A program made the translations under genes and the position numbers. Below are positions 50,354 to 63,270 of a stretch of 64,000 bases of DNA, one piece after another (the stretch's first letter is position 1; each line of letters opens with the position of its first letter). The notes beneath the pieces are model-generated. The model made no database searches and had not been told where the DNA came from. It worked only from the letters and a program-made list of their open reading frames with translations. Origin of the DNA: Mobula hypostoma (lineage: Eukaryota). The stretch is from contig NC_086109.1 of assembly GCF_963921235.1 (NCBI RefSeq), forward strand, positions 37,946,001 to 38,010,000, in the 5' to 3' direction.

Positions 50354-51158
50354 GTATGCACAACATGCTAGACGAACTCAGCAGGTTGAGCAGCATCCGT
50401 GGAAACGAACAGTCAACATTTTGGGCCGAGACCCTTCGTCAGGACTGAAGAGAGAGGGGGCAGGGGCCCTATAAAGAAGGTGGGGGAAGAGTGGGAAGGA
50501 GAAGGCTGGTAGGTTCCAGGTGAAAAACCAGTAAGGGGAAAGATAAAGGGGTGGGGGAGGGGATAGGCAGTAAAGGTGAAGAAGGAAGGGGGAAGCACAA
50601 TGCGTAGTAGAAGGAGGCAGAACCATGAAGGTGGTGATAGGCATCTGGAGGAGGGGGCAAAGTGAAACTGGGATGGGGGAAGGGAGGGGGAGAGATTTAC
50701 CGGAAGTTGTTAAGAATTCAATGTTCATGCCAAGGGGCTGGAGACTACCCAGATGCTATATGGGGTGTTGCTCCTCCAACCTGAGTTTGGCCTCCTCATG
50801 GCAGTAGAGGAGGCCATGTATGGACATATCCAAATGGGGATGTGAAGCAGAGTTGAAGTGGGTGGCAACTGGGAGATCCTGTCTGTTGTGGTGGACGGAG
50901 CGGAGGTGCTCGATGAAGCGGTCCCCCAATCTTTCCCCTTACTGGTTTTTCACCTGGCACCTACCATCCTTATCCTTCCCACCCTTCCCCCACCTTTTTA
51001 TAGGGCCCCTGCCCCCTCCCTCTTCAGACCTGACGAAGGGTCTCAGCCCGAAACGTTGACTGTTCGTTTCCACAGATGCTGCCCGACCTGTTGAGTTCCT
51101 CCAGCAGGTTGTGTCTTTTGCTTTGACCCCAGCATCTGCAGAGTATTTTGTGTTTACA
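50354..51158. mobile_element. Penelope-like element (second subfamily), inverted structure with 11-bp TSD
   Basis: Arms 50359-50544 and 50929-51113 are inverted copies; TSD ATTTGCAAATG at 50343-50353 and 51159-51169; hammerhead motifs at 50411-50446 (-) and 51026-51061 (+). Confidence 0.88.
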
Positions 51159-51938
51159 ATTTGCAAATGATTTCCTTTCTTACAGTCACCATAACTGAAA
51201 AGTAAGAAAGTTCCACCTTCATTTTTCACTAATCTCTTGAACATTTTGTCAAAAGTTGTGTTGGTTTGTGTTCGTATTTGCTAAAGGTTCAGCTAACTGC
51301 CTTTAAAAGTTAATTGTGTTTTGTAAATGTATTTTGTTGTCGTTATTGTAGAATTGATCATTGTTAAACTTCCATTTTTTTTGACAAGTCGCAAATAGTT
51401 TTTGGTGAGATGACTAACTGCATTAAAGTTAATTTATTGCAAATGAACATTGGGATGCAAGCACAGAGCAGAGGAAAAAGTGTACAGGTGATTTCTGTAT
51501 GTCCAGAAAGTAAAATTCTCTCTTTGACATGCAAGTAGTGATATCTTAAGAGAGGACACCTACCAAGGGTCACATGGTTACCCTCTATAAACACCTGGAT
51601 GGGAAATATTAATTCCATGTAAGAGTGCACAGTAATTCATATTTCAATCATTTTCCCCTTTAGAGGGTGTTGAAACAGTGTATGCAAGCAAACAGGATAT
51701 CCATCATTTGTTTTCTACAATTATGATGAGGTATTTGGGTTCACATTGCCATGAATGGAAAGTGTAAGAGCATGAAGTGTTTCTAACTGCAGCTGTGCCA
51801 GTCAAAGTCAAGTAAAACTGCCAATCTGCTCGGAGACATGTAAATTAAAGTGTGTTTGTTGTCAGTGGGCAGTTAGTGGTGGGTGGAAATAGAGTAATCC
51901 CTGGCGTAAAAAAAAATGAGTCCATCATCCAGGCTACG

Positions 51939-52505
51939 ACCCATCTCTTTGCACGCTGTGAGTTCACAGAGAAGGTGCGGAGGAGGATGGACGGACTAAC
52001 GCCACGTTTCATCCCCAGCAGCTGCGTAACAGAGGACTCTCTGATCTACGGGCTGTTCCCGGGGACGCACACGGAGACCAACATCCGGTGCTGCTGGCGG
52101 ATCATCAACTCGGTGAAAGATACTCTTTTGTCGGCCCAAAACTTGATGATCTACCAGCACATGGAGATGTCCGTGGGAGAATGCTGCCGACTGGCACATT
52201 CTCGGCTGCAGGAGTTCGTGCTGGGGGACGCACTGAAACTTGGTGCAGCCACCGCAAGGACCCGGTGGGGAAGGACCACGGTATAGGTTTCTTCACCCAT
52301 GGGAGTGGGAGGGATCTGGTGTTGGGGAGTATACCCCTCAACAATGGTGTGGTAAGGTGAACCAACGGAGGGCCACATGGGCGGCCAAAAGTATGGATAT
52401 CTAGAGACCATAAGAGAAACATATGTAAAGGATTGGAAGTCATTGAATGATTTATTGTATATAATTTTATTTTTGAATAAAGTATATTTTGAAATTTTTA
52501 AAAAA
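51939..52505 (+). mobile_element. L1/Tx1-clade LINE 3' end
   Basis: HLFARC (end of CCHC motif), LIYGLFPG, WRIINSVKD.L; stop at 52286; AATAAA at ~52476 and short A tail; CpG-rich. Confidence 0.75.
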
Positions 52506-52888
52506 TGTTCTCTTCTCATTGCTGCTATCAGGAAGGAGGTACAGGGGCTTTAAATACCACACCACCAGGTTCAGGAACAGTTATCACCCTTCAACCATTA
52601 GGCTGAGTCAGTGTGGAAAACTACACTCACCTCAACACTGAACTGGTTCTAGAACCTATGGACTCACTTTCAAGGACCCTCAACTCATTTCCTCTGTATT
52701 ATTTATTTACATTTTTTGTATTTGCATTGTTTGTCTTCTTTAGCATAGTGGTAGCCTTTGTGTGTAGTTTTTCATTGATTCTGTTGTATTTCTTTGCTCT
52801 GCTGTGAATGCTTGAAAGAAAATTAATCTCAGGGTAGTATATGGTGACATAAAATTACTTTGATAATAAATTTACTTTGAACTTTGAG
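52506..52888 (+). mobile_element. Rex1/Babar 3' fragment
   Basis: LFSLLLSGRRYRGLKYHTTRFRNSYHPSTIRL; tail AATAAATTTACTTTGAACTTTGA. Confidence 0.8.
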
Positions 52889-55800
52889 TTACTCCTCTGA
52901 ACTTATTGGGAGATCCACACAGAGAACACTTTTGGCACCATGGTAACCAGTGGGGGAAATGTCTGCTCTTCACCGACTGGCATAATAGACTTTGAATGCT
53001 TAAATAATAAATGTAGGTCTGGATTGGACAATGCGGTGGAAAGCAGCAGAGGAATTACCTTGATATTGGGTAGTTTTATTTTTGATAATATTATTGAGTT
53101 CTCCTTACAGATAGCATTGAACAATCTTTCAACTGTAGTATTAAAATTATTGGTAAGCTGCACAATCTAATGTCTCTATACGTCAATGGACTTGTAGGTC
53201 ATAACTTTGAAGTTTAATTTTCACTAATTTGTTATCATTATTCACAAAAAGAAGATCTTTTTTGGTTGAAAATATGCTTTATGGTGAAGATTCACTTGTG
53301 TTTCAATTGTTCCAGAGTTTGTTAGAAAGTGTTGGCAATTCTGAATGAAATAGCTGGCATTTAGCCATTGGAACCACAGTATGTCATAGAGGTCCATGAC
53401 TGCACTGTTAAACACAGAAGATCCATGCTTACTGACATGAAACATCAAGTCAATTAGTTCACTCCACTCAGTTGCCGAGATTCCTCTGCGTTATTCTCAG
53501 AAACTACCTCTTGGATACTATGAGGTCTTTAAACTCCTTGATTTCAATGGGAGTTGTGTAGCTTCAGATTAGGAGGGAAAACAGAAGTTAAATCACATTT
53601 ATTTAATTAGTTAATAGGGTATCCACTTCATTTTTAAACATATTTATAAAAGACCATTGAAAATCATTCATTAAGAAGTGAGAGTTATTTACCTATGAAT
53701 GCTACGAGGGGTTTGAATGAACTTCCTCAGTTTTCAAGTAGAAGCCTTGTTATTCCAGAAATTCTGCTGCCTGAGAGCTGGATATTACAGTGTAGTGAGA
53801 CGAGCCTTCCATATCCAAACCAGGTAAGAACGGACGCAAAGCTTCTGCTGGCAGTGATTTTGGCCGGGAAGATCAACCCAATAAGTAATCAAGGAAAATT
53901 CCCCAAGTTGGGGAGGAAAAGAAATATTTATTTCATTACATCATCTGACTTGAATGATTGTTTAAGACTTCTGTTTGGATCTTGCAGTCAACAGTGAACA
54001 TTGACAGCTCACAGCAAGCAGTTTATAAATATCTAATCTCCCAGATGATTAGATGCTGATTCTCCCAGTGATAATTTTCCAGTCTTGCTGGGAGGAGTCT
54101 TTCTGCTAAGGCTCTACACATGAATAGGGTCTTCCATGTCATATGGAACATCACATTTAGTGATCAAATCAAAACCAACCTACCAACCTACTTGGCAGGT
54201 ACCTTAACCACGTCTTTGGCCCATCAAAGTTTCAAACACCTGAAAATCTTTGCACATCCAAACATTATGAACAAAAACTCAGATTTATTTATTTTAAAAA
54301 GACACATCTATAAGCCACAGAGTAACTGAGAAAAATGATCAGAAATATCAAAGGTTTTATGAAATAATAACCAACAAGATAACATGTTCAAGTCATCAGA
54401 GACATTCCTGAGGTTATTCAACTCCCTCAGTCCTTGAACCTCGCTGGAAAAGATACAGATGTCATGTATATAAAGATAAAGACATGGCACAAGATCATTT
54501 TTGGCAGTGAATTGACATGCAAGGTTTCAATGACATCAAACTCTCAAGTGGATTCTTCCAAGTTCCTAGCTGCAGGCCTCTCCAACTCCAGATCCAATGA
54601 GCAGTACAGCCATTGAATCATTGTGAAACTACTTTGAGAGTTTTGCCTTTTGCATGCGGGGGAATCCCAAAGTAGCTGTCAATTCCATAGAATGATTATG
54701 ATGCATGAAGACGTAATAGACTTAACAATGTTATCCCAAAAAAATGTTAAATCTTAAATATTTGTTGTCATTAAAATGAATGTTAGCAAAAACATTAACT
54801 GGAGCAATTACATGTGCATTTTGAATGCAATTTTATTTTGCTTTAAGTGTGACACCTATCCCTAATTTTCCATTTGAAATGTTAATTCACTGCTTATTTA
54901 ATATTACTTCCATCCTTCCAACCCAGACTTTGGTATTGAAAAAAATAACTGAAACCAACAGCTTGATGTGAATAATATACACCTGCAATTACGTGTGCAA
55001 AACCCAAATCCCACAATGTATCAGCAAAACCAATTAGCTGCTAACTTTTTTCATATTGTATTCTTATAAGGGTGAGAGGTAAATGCAGCTTTACACGTTT
55101 GCCAAATGCACATGAATGAAGTTTTCCTGAAATCACAGCTCCACTCACCTTTAATAGGAATTTTACATTTTCTGTAATTATTGAAAATAATCAAGAATCT
55201 AAGTGAACACAAATGAATGAAATTGATATAAATGCAACAAATAAACGTAACTGTTTTTTGCGTTCCATTAGCAGTATCTAATGTTTTGGAAGCTTTAATT
55301 CCTCGATTTATCTGCTCTTAATTCTATAAACTGATGTGACATATGGCAAAATTGTTATTATTGGATGATATTCATCAGTATTTTGTCTGACATCCCAATA
55401 TGAGCTCATTACAATTGGGTGCAATTAATCTTGCAGTTTGAAGTGACTATGGCAAACACCTTTTGGGACATCGACAAAAATATTTTCAATTAGTTACTAT
55501 TGGAATAATCAATCATTAGCTTAGCACGTTTTGGAAAAATAATCAAAAATTTCAAATGCAGTTATTGTGAGTGTTTTTGTTGGTACACATGCTGAATTTT
55601 GGCTGCTGTTCATTTCCATCTCATACAATTATAGCAGTATTGAAATTAAGCTTGCTTAGGAGCCGAATTTTAATGTAACTGAAGCAATGTTTCACATATG
55701 CCCTCCAGAGAAGATGATTAATGAACAGAATGAAAATGATTTGCTCCCATGAGAAAGTGATCAATCTTTGTTTCAGGCCAAAGTAAACTCTGTAATGCCA

Positions 55801-56364
55801 GTTTTAAGCACCTTGGGTCAATATGAGACTTAGAAATGGCTGAACATTTTTTGCCAGTTTTAGATCCTAGTTAATACGCTAAAACTGACTTACTTGTTAT
55901 TGATTCTTAACAGGTAACAAGAAATGTTAGGAACTTAAAACATTACCACATATTTTTACACTGCAAATCTTTGTTACCTCTAGAGTTGTTCAGTTGAATA
56001 TGGCAAGAAAGGCGCAACACAGCTAACAAATCTTGTCTTAAAGCCAAACTTGCGTAATCAGCTTTTATTCTTGCTTTCCTTTAAAACAACATGGTAAAAT
56101 TCCTGAAACAAAGATTCATTAGCTCAGATAACAAACTAAGAATAACAATAGTTGAAAGTTGGATAATACAATCCTCCCATACTCATTACCATGTCTACAA
56201 AGTTAAAGGAATTGATAAAATTTCCCGGAACACAGGTAACACAGGCACTTAAGGTTCCAATTTATGTAGGATTTTGGCACAAAAACATAATAGACATGAT
56301 CAATGTTAAATACACCAATAAATAAAGGCTAGCAGTAATAACGTGACCTTCACATTAGTATGAA

Positions 56365-56535
56365 GCATCTTATAGTCAAGGAACTATTTTTGAAGTGTAA
56401 TTGCTGTAACTATTCAAAAAATGCAGCAGCTAAAGCTCTACAGTGAAGTGATAAATGTCAAGATATCTGTTATTCAGTGATGCTAATTCAAAAAGAAATT
56501 CAATGACCTGGATAGGACGAATAACTCCCCGTGTT
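56365..56535 (-). mobile_element. Deu-domain SINE remnant
   Basis: TTTTGAAGTGTAATTGCTGT..GCAGCAGCTAA..AGATATCTGTT..ATAACTCCCC; recognised from memory of the Deu domain. Confidence 0.45.
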
Positions 56536-56574
56536 AGAAAATAAACATTGTTCAAGTATGGTTGACATGGAACG

Positions 56575-56835
56575 ACACAGAGCTAGATTGAACTGAACTG
56601 AACATGCCTGGACTGGTTCGATGATTTGTGGTTTGGTGTTTTATATTCTGTGCTTTTCACTTTTTTTTAATCGTTTGCACAACTTGCTCTTTTTCTGCAC
56701 ATTGGGAGTGTAATATTTTTCTTTGAACAGGCGCCACAGATTTCTTTCTTTATTTTGCGGCTAGCTGTGGGTAGATGAATCTTAGGGCTATGCAGCATAT
56801 ATACTTCGATAATAAATGTACTTCGAATCTATGAA
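56575..56835 (+). mobile_element. LINE 3' UTR remnant
   Basis: GAATCTTAGGG..GATAATAAATGTACTTCGAATC tail resembling the Rex1 tails in this window. Confidence 0.5.
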
Positions 56836-58530
56836 TGTTTGTTTCACTTCTAATTTTGTCTTATTGCATTACAAGAAAATTGACCTAAATCATTAACTCA
56901 ATTCCTCTCCAGATATACTGTATAATCTCTTAGTACTTACAGTTTTTTCTATCTTTATTTCTGACTATTGCCTACTGATTGAGAAGCAGAGTTGCTACCA
57001 ACTTAACCTCAACAAACACCATATATTGGAGCATTTGTTATATTTCATTTTTGACCTGTCTAAAGACAATGGCTAAAACAAATACAAGAAGCTTTTTAAC
57101 TCAAGCACAGAATTAAATAACATGAGTGTGAAGAAATCTCAACAAAATTCAGATATTTAAAAAGATTTTAAAAGATCTTTGAATTATGGAGGACAGCATG
57201 TATATAAATGTCTCTCTCCAGCAGACTTCATCAAGATCATCATGACTTCAGTATTTCTACTATTTAAAAATGTTTCTTAATTGTACATATGATTTTTTTG
57301 TGTTCTATCATTGAGCAGCAGTGAACCATCTGATTGGCCTATCAGAGTTCTCTTTGGGAACTACAGTAGTTGACTTGATCAGCATTTCTGATCTGGCTAT
57401 AGTTCACGATTACACTTAATAAGAAAAAAGATACAGACATGACAGTTTTATGCCATTTAAAAAAATCATTTGTACCAAGGCTGCAGTGCAATATTGAGAA
57501 CATTTATCTCAATTGAGCCACTGAGCTCTCACAATGCACACCAGAGTTTATTTCACAGAACTGATTAGAATGTATTGTACTTTGCTTAGCAATGAATCAA
57601 AAATGGGACAGATATTGGCCAATGCATTGATCCCACTAACTGTAAATAATTCTGTTCACCAATGCGTTTATAATACAACAACATGTTACTGCTATAGAGG
57701 TGCTTGCTACTGGTAGAGTTTAATATTTACATTCCCTCAAGTTTAATTGCCTAAATTACAACAAACGTCTTTTTGGGTCTGTTTAATAGTTTAAAATAAA
57801 ACCTTATTTTCAGGGGTACAGGATGCTGCCTGTCCTGCTGAGTTCCTTCAATATTTTGAGTGTGCTAATGTGTCTTAAATTGATCTGCTTTAAAAGTGTA
57901 TTTAAGAACCAGCTGGCAGACTTCACCATCTCACAATCAATGTATTAAAATAACTTGAGGAGATACCTAAGAAATCATTGTTATTTTGCTGCAAGGTGTT
58001 CTATATACCACATTAGCTGTTGAACTCTATTATCTGTTTACTCACTTATAGATATGATACTGTAAAAGCCAATAATATAATCACGCACTACAGTCTAAAT
58101 CAAACTCATGCTCTTATGAGTCATTCAAGGATAACAATAAGTGAATAATTTAAATTTATGGCATGTGTAGGATGTAATCTAACAGCAAATGTCTTTGTTG
58201 TGGAGGTAATAATGATTTCCTAGTGCATTGACTAATCAATTTTGTAGACTAACTTCACACAGATTTTTCTTTTCAGAGATGTGCCTTCCTGTATTTCATT
58301 TGCTACTAATACTATGGATGACACATTAATTTAGTATTATTTACATAAATTTTAATCACTGGTAGAAATTGGCAACCTATACACCATAAGGTGAAGGTCT
58401 CCAGAAGGTGCAGAAAATGCACAGCCATCAGCAAACAAATATTTGCATTTAATTTATCTGGAGAGCACAGTTGATGCTTGTAGTCTTGATGGGTTTAACA
58501 GATTCCTTGTTATATTCACATACAAGTTGA

Positions 58531-58567
58531 TGTACTATGTATTATGTACTATGTACTATGTACTATG
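58531..58567. repeat. (TGTACTA)n 7-bp tandem repeat
   Basis: About five copies visible. Confidence 0.85.
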
Positions 58568-58736
58568 GGAACATCAAGTGGAAGCAGCAGAGACTTGCTT
58601 CTGTTTGTTCAAAGCACCTCAACAAATATATAGTCACTACAAATTCTGCCATGCATACTAACATGGCACTATTTTAGAATGGGCCAACACTGGAGTACAA
58701 TACATACTCCAGTAGATAACCAAACATTTGTTCACA

Positions 58737-59972
58737 GGGTGTTTTTTTATAGACCACCCAATAGAAACGGGGACATCAAGGAGCAGATAGGGAGACAGAT
58801 TCAGGAAAGGTGTAATAATAACAGGGTTGTTGTGGTGGGAGATTTTAATTTCCCAAATATCAATTGGCATGTCCCTAGAGCGAAGGGTTTAGATGGGTGG
58901 AGTTTGTTAGGTGTGTTCAGGAAGGTTTCTTGACACAATAAGCCTATAAGAGGCGAGGCTGTACTTGATCTGATATTGGGAAATGAACCTGGTCAGGAGT
59001 CAGGACTCTCAGTGGGAGAGCATTTTGGAGATAGTGATCACAATTCTATTTCCTTTACTATACCTTTGGAGAGGGATAGGAATAGACAAGTTAGGAAAGC
59101 GTTTAATTGGAGTAAGCAGAAATATGAGGCTATCAGGCAGGAACTTGGAAGCATAAATTGGAAACAGATGTTCTCAGGGAAATGGACGGGAGAAATGTGG
59201 CAAATGTTCAGGGGATATTTCCATGGAGTTCTGCATAGGTACGTTCCAATGAGACAGGAAAAGGATGGTAGGGTACAGGACCTGTGGTGTACAAAGGCTG
59301 TTGTAAATCTAGTCAAGAAGAAAAGAAGAGCTTACGAAAGATTCAAAAAACTAGGTAAGGATAGGGTTCTAGAAGATTATAAGGCTAGCAGGAAGGAGCT
59401 TAAGAATGAAATTGGGATAGCCAGAAGGGGCCATGAGAAGGCCTTGGTGGATAGGATTAAGGAAAACCCCAAGGCATTCTACAAGTATGTGAAGAGCAAG
59501 AGGATAAGATCTAAGAGAATAGGACCAATCAAGTGTAACAGTGGAAAAGTTATGAGAATAGATTGAGTGAATTCGGCCTTTTCTCCTTGGAGCGACAGAG
59601 GATGACAGGTGACCTGATAGAGGTGTATAAGATGATGAGAGGCATTGATTGTGTCGATAGTCAGAGGCTTTTTCCCAGGGCTGAAATAGCTAGCATGAGA
59701 GGGCACAGTTTTAAGGTGCTTGGAAGAAGGTACAGAGGAGATGTCAGGGGTAAGTTTTATACACAGAGAGTGGTGAGTGTGTGGAATGGGCTGCTAGTGA
59801 CGGTGGTGGAGGAGGAAACGATAGGCTCTTTTAAGAGACTCCTGGATAGGCACATGGAGCATAGCAAAATAGAGAGCTGTGGGTAATCATTGTTAATTTC
59901 TAAGGTAAGGAAATGTTTGGCACAGCTTTGTGGGCCGAACAGCCTCTATTGTACCGTAGGTTTCTATGTTCT
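58737..59972 (+). mobile_element. CR1 LINE with an internal deletion of the RT core
   Basis: FYRPPN, VVVGDFNFP, GDSDHN, NPKAFYKY, then a jump at 59550 to the RT C-terminus and 3' UTR. Confidence 0.9.
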
Positions 59973-61237
59973 AGATAGGTTTGAAGGAAAGCTTTACTGC
60001 TTTAAAGAGGGAATAAGGAGCATCTTGGGGTTAGGAAGGAAAAGTCCAAAGCTTAACACTTTGGAAGCCCATGACAATGTCACCTATGGTGGAGGGATTC
60101 TAAATGAGGATCTGCCAGAGGCTAGAGTTGAAACATAATATAATGTCACAGGGCTGGCATTAAGAAAATGGACAGATAAGCAACCATGGAGTGATTTCAA
60201 AAATGATGAACAATTTGAAAATAAAGTGTTGCTTAACTTGAAACCAATATAGCTTAGTGAGTACAGAGGTCATGGGTAAATGTGACCTGGGATATATGAA
60301 GATGTTATCAGTAGCTTGTGGGATCAGTGGCAGGGTCATCTGAGGTGTGGGAACTATGGGTATCACAGGATGGATTTGAAGGAACGATGGATTTTGAAGG
60401 ATTAGAGAATCAGGGAATTGGAGAATCAGTGAAGAGGTTTATAATATGGGGGGAGGGGAAGGCACGAGGAGCAGTAGAGTTTTCCAGAAGGTATGTTACT
60501 TTTGGAGCCTGGGGTTGCATTCCAGATTAGGACTTACATCTGTGGGGCAGCAGTCAGAGCAGGGCTGGAGAAACCCAGTTCTCCTGAGAGTGACTATGAT
60601 GATGTTGCAACAAAAAAAAATGAATCAGGAGCAGAAATAGATTATTCAGGTGCTCAAGTTTATTCTGCTATTTAACCAGATCATAGTTAATCTGACTTTA
60701 ATGTCAACTCTGAATTCCTGCATACCCATGTTAATCTTTCAATCTTTACGAAATATCAATTGATCACGGTCCTAAAAATATTCAGTGACATTGTTTCCAC
60801 TGCCTTTCCATGTCCTACTGAAATAAAATTTACCTGGAAATGCTCCAATATGATTTTAAATCCAAAAGAATAACATTTTATAAAAGCACTAAATAGATGT
60901 AAAAATTCCAAATAATTAATAGATCTGAAGACCACCAAACTTTACAGTGAACATTATGAGAGAACGAGCAGGGCCCCCAAAATGTTGCAAGTTATGAAAT
61001 GTAGTAAAGATGCATGGCCCCAGCTGTGTGTAGTGTAATTATAATTAAATGTTTAAGCCAGATAAATTAATAAAATGAACATATTTTATCACATTACTTA
61101 CCAATAGTGTTTGTCATAATGGCTTATTCTTCCCCATTAAATCCCTGTGACATTTTGGTGAAAATATCCGTTAGGATTTTGCACTTTGCCCTCTATTTGG
61201 CACCTAGATTCAAGTAAACAGCGATGACTGCATAACC

Positions 61238-61316
61238 CAATGGTTCCTAACCTGGGATCCATGGCCCCCTGCTTAACTGAATTGGTCCATGTCATAAAAA
61301 TGGTTGGAAATCCCTG
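61238..61316. mobile_element. 79-bp hAT (Charlie-like) MITE
   Basis: TIRs CAATGGTTCCTAACC / GGTTGGAAATCCCTG; decayed 8-bp TSD GCATAACC / GTATGACT. Confidence 0.6.
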
Positions 61317-61825
61317 GTATGACTGAAGGATTATGAATTTAAAAACAGTGGATCTCAATTAAAAAGTACAAGTTAAAATGCCAAATATATTATCAAATCA
61401 GTGAAAGAAAGAAAAAGAAAATAGAAAAATGGTAATAAAAAATAAAGCTCCAATAGAAACCATATGTTGTGAAAATGTATTTTCATTGACAGAGAGACTT
61501 TCTGGTAATAATTACATTTACCATGACAATAGATGTCAACGTTTCCCTTTGCCTGAAGTGGCAATCGTAATTACACAGAAATAACACTGAGTTCCATGAA
61601 GCTTTGCCATTATTTTGACTGCACATTTTTGACCAAGTTTTCAAGCACTATCTGAAGATAGTATGTGTATCATTTACTAATGGTGAAACTACAATGATAC
61701 AACAAATCATTTTAGTTATTATGGAACACATCACATGACTTGTAGACTGCTGTTCTGAATGGTAGATTGTCCTAGTTTGCTTAACATTTGTCCAGAAGTG
61801 TTGCTGAGTTCACATTGTGTAGAAG

Positions 61826-61910
61826 ATCATGTATCAGCCATGATGGAATGATGAAGCAGACTTGAGGAGGTGACTGGTCTAATTCTGCTCCTATGTCTTA
61901 TAGTCTTATA
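61826..61910 (+). mobile_element. CR1 3' tail
   Basis: Homologous to 37985-38055. Confidence 0.65.
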
Positions 61911-62479
61911 CCATTGTGGTCAAGAACTCTACCTTGAAATGTGAACATTGAAGTAAGATTACCAACAATCATCTCCACTTTACTGAATATGGTTCTTAAT
62001 TCTATTTCTTTAAGATGTAGGCATCTATGAAAAACTGGTCATTGGCTGAAAGTAGCAAGGCTGAAGGAGCACGCTAAACACTGAGATTGAGAATATCTGC
62101 ATGAGTTTATTCATCAATGTCAGTTATGATTATATTTAAATTCCACACATTCCTGTTTCCTTCATTACTGTCAATATTATTTGTGAGTACCAGGAAGAAG
62201 CTACTAACGTCATTAAGTAAATTGAATGACTCTAAGGTTGTGTACTGTGTATGATGTTAAGGACAATTATACATCCTATACTTAATATTTTCATTGCAGA
62301 CTTTTACCACCTGAAAGGAAAACGTAAATGATTTCTCGAAACTCCCTCAACAATTATACATGAACATGAAACTCATTGTTATGGACTCTGCTCTAATAAG
62401 TTTCATTTCAACTCGAACTATAATTTAATTAGACTAACCTGACAATGGATTTATTGTTTAATACACCCAAGATTGGATT

Positions 62480-63270
62480 TGGTACATTACTAAATTCAGT
62501 CTTGTTCCAAATATTTATAGAGAATCTTGATAAAATAATTAAAAATGAAATATTCATCAAGATTTTGATCTATCTATACATTCCAAACGTGTGTGGACAA
62601 GTAAAGGATTCAGACAAAAGAGGCCCAATTCTAAAACATGTACAGTGATTAAGCAGATAAAATGAGATGTATTGCTGGAAAGTGATAAATACTACCACTA
62701 AGGAAAGTAAATATAACTTTTCAAAATTATATGCTACTTGGGAAAATGGGTTGTAATAAAGATTTGTGCAAAATATTCCTATAAAGAAGAAATGTGCTGC
62801 CACAACTCAGTGTGATATCTGTAACGCCAGAAAAAAAGAAATATTTAAATATATAGAAAAGTGTAGAAAATAATATTCCAAAGTAAGTCATTTTCATATT
62901 CATTATGGGAAGCCCATACAGGAAACATTCTGAGATGAAGACATAAAAGGAAAGTATGAAGTATTCCATATTTTTAAGCATTGTTACAAGAGATAAAAAG
63001 GAAAAAACCCACTGTTATTAGGGAACAGTTTTTAAGGAGTATTCCAAACTATTCTTAAATAAACACGTGTTACGCAAAATCCATCAGTGCACCAGAAAAT
63101 GCAGTTGTAATTATAAACAATTACAATTAGAAACAAACACTGCCATTGAGGAACTGAGATATGGAATAGGCTGCCACCTAGTGCATTAAATTCTGATTCA
63201 GTTAAATTGTCCAACAATGAGAAATTGATCAATTTATGATCCCATAAAACTTTGAGCAATTTGGAGTAGT
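62480..63270. mobile_element. Highly decayed CR1-like remnants
   Basis: VLFQIFIENLD-like peptide on +; CR1-like C-terminal sequence on minus at 63040-63270. Confidence 0.4.

Noticed and set aside
53695..53997. 100-aa ORF with a CAG|GTAAGA donor-like site at ~53823
   Set aside because: No recognisable protein similarity or convincing acceptor; cannot support an exon without transcript data.
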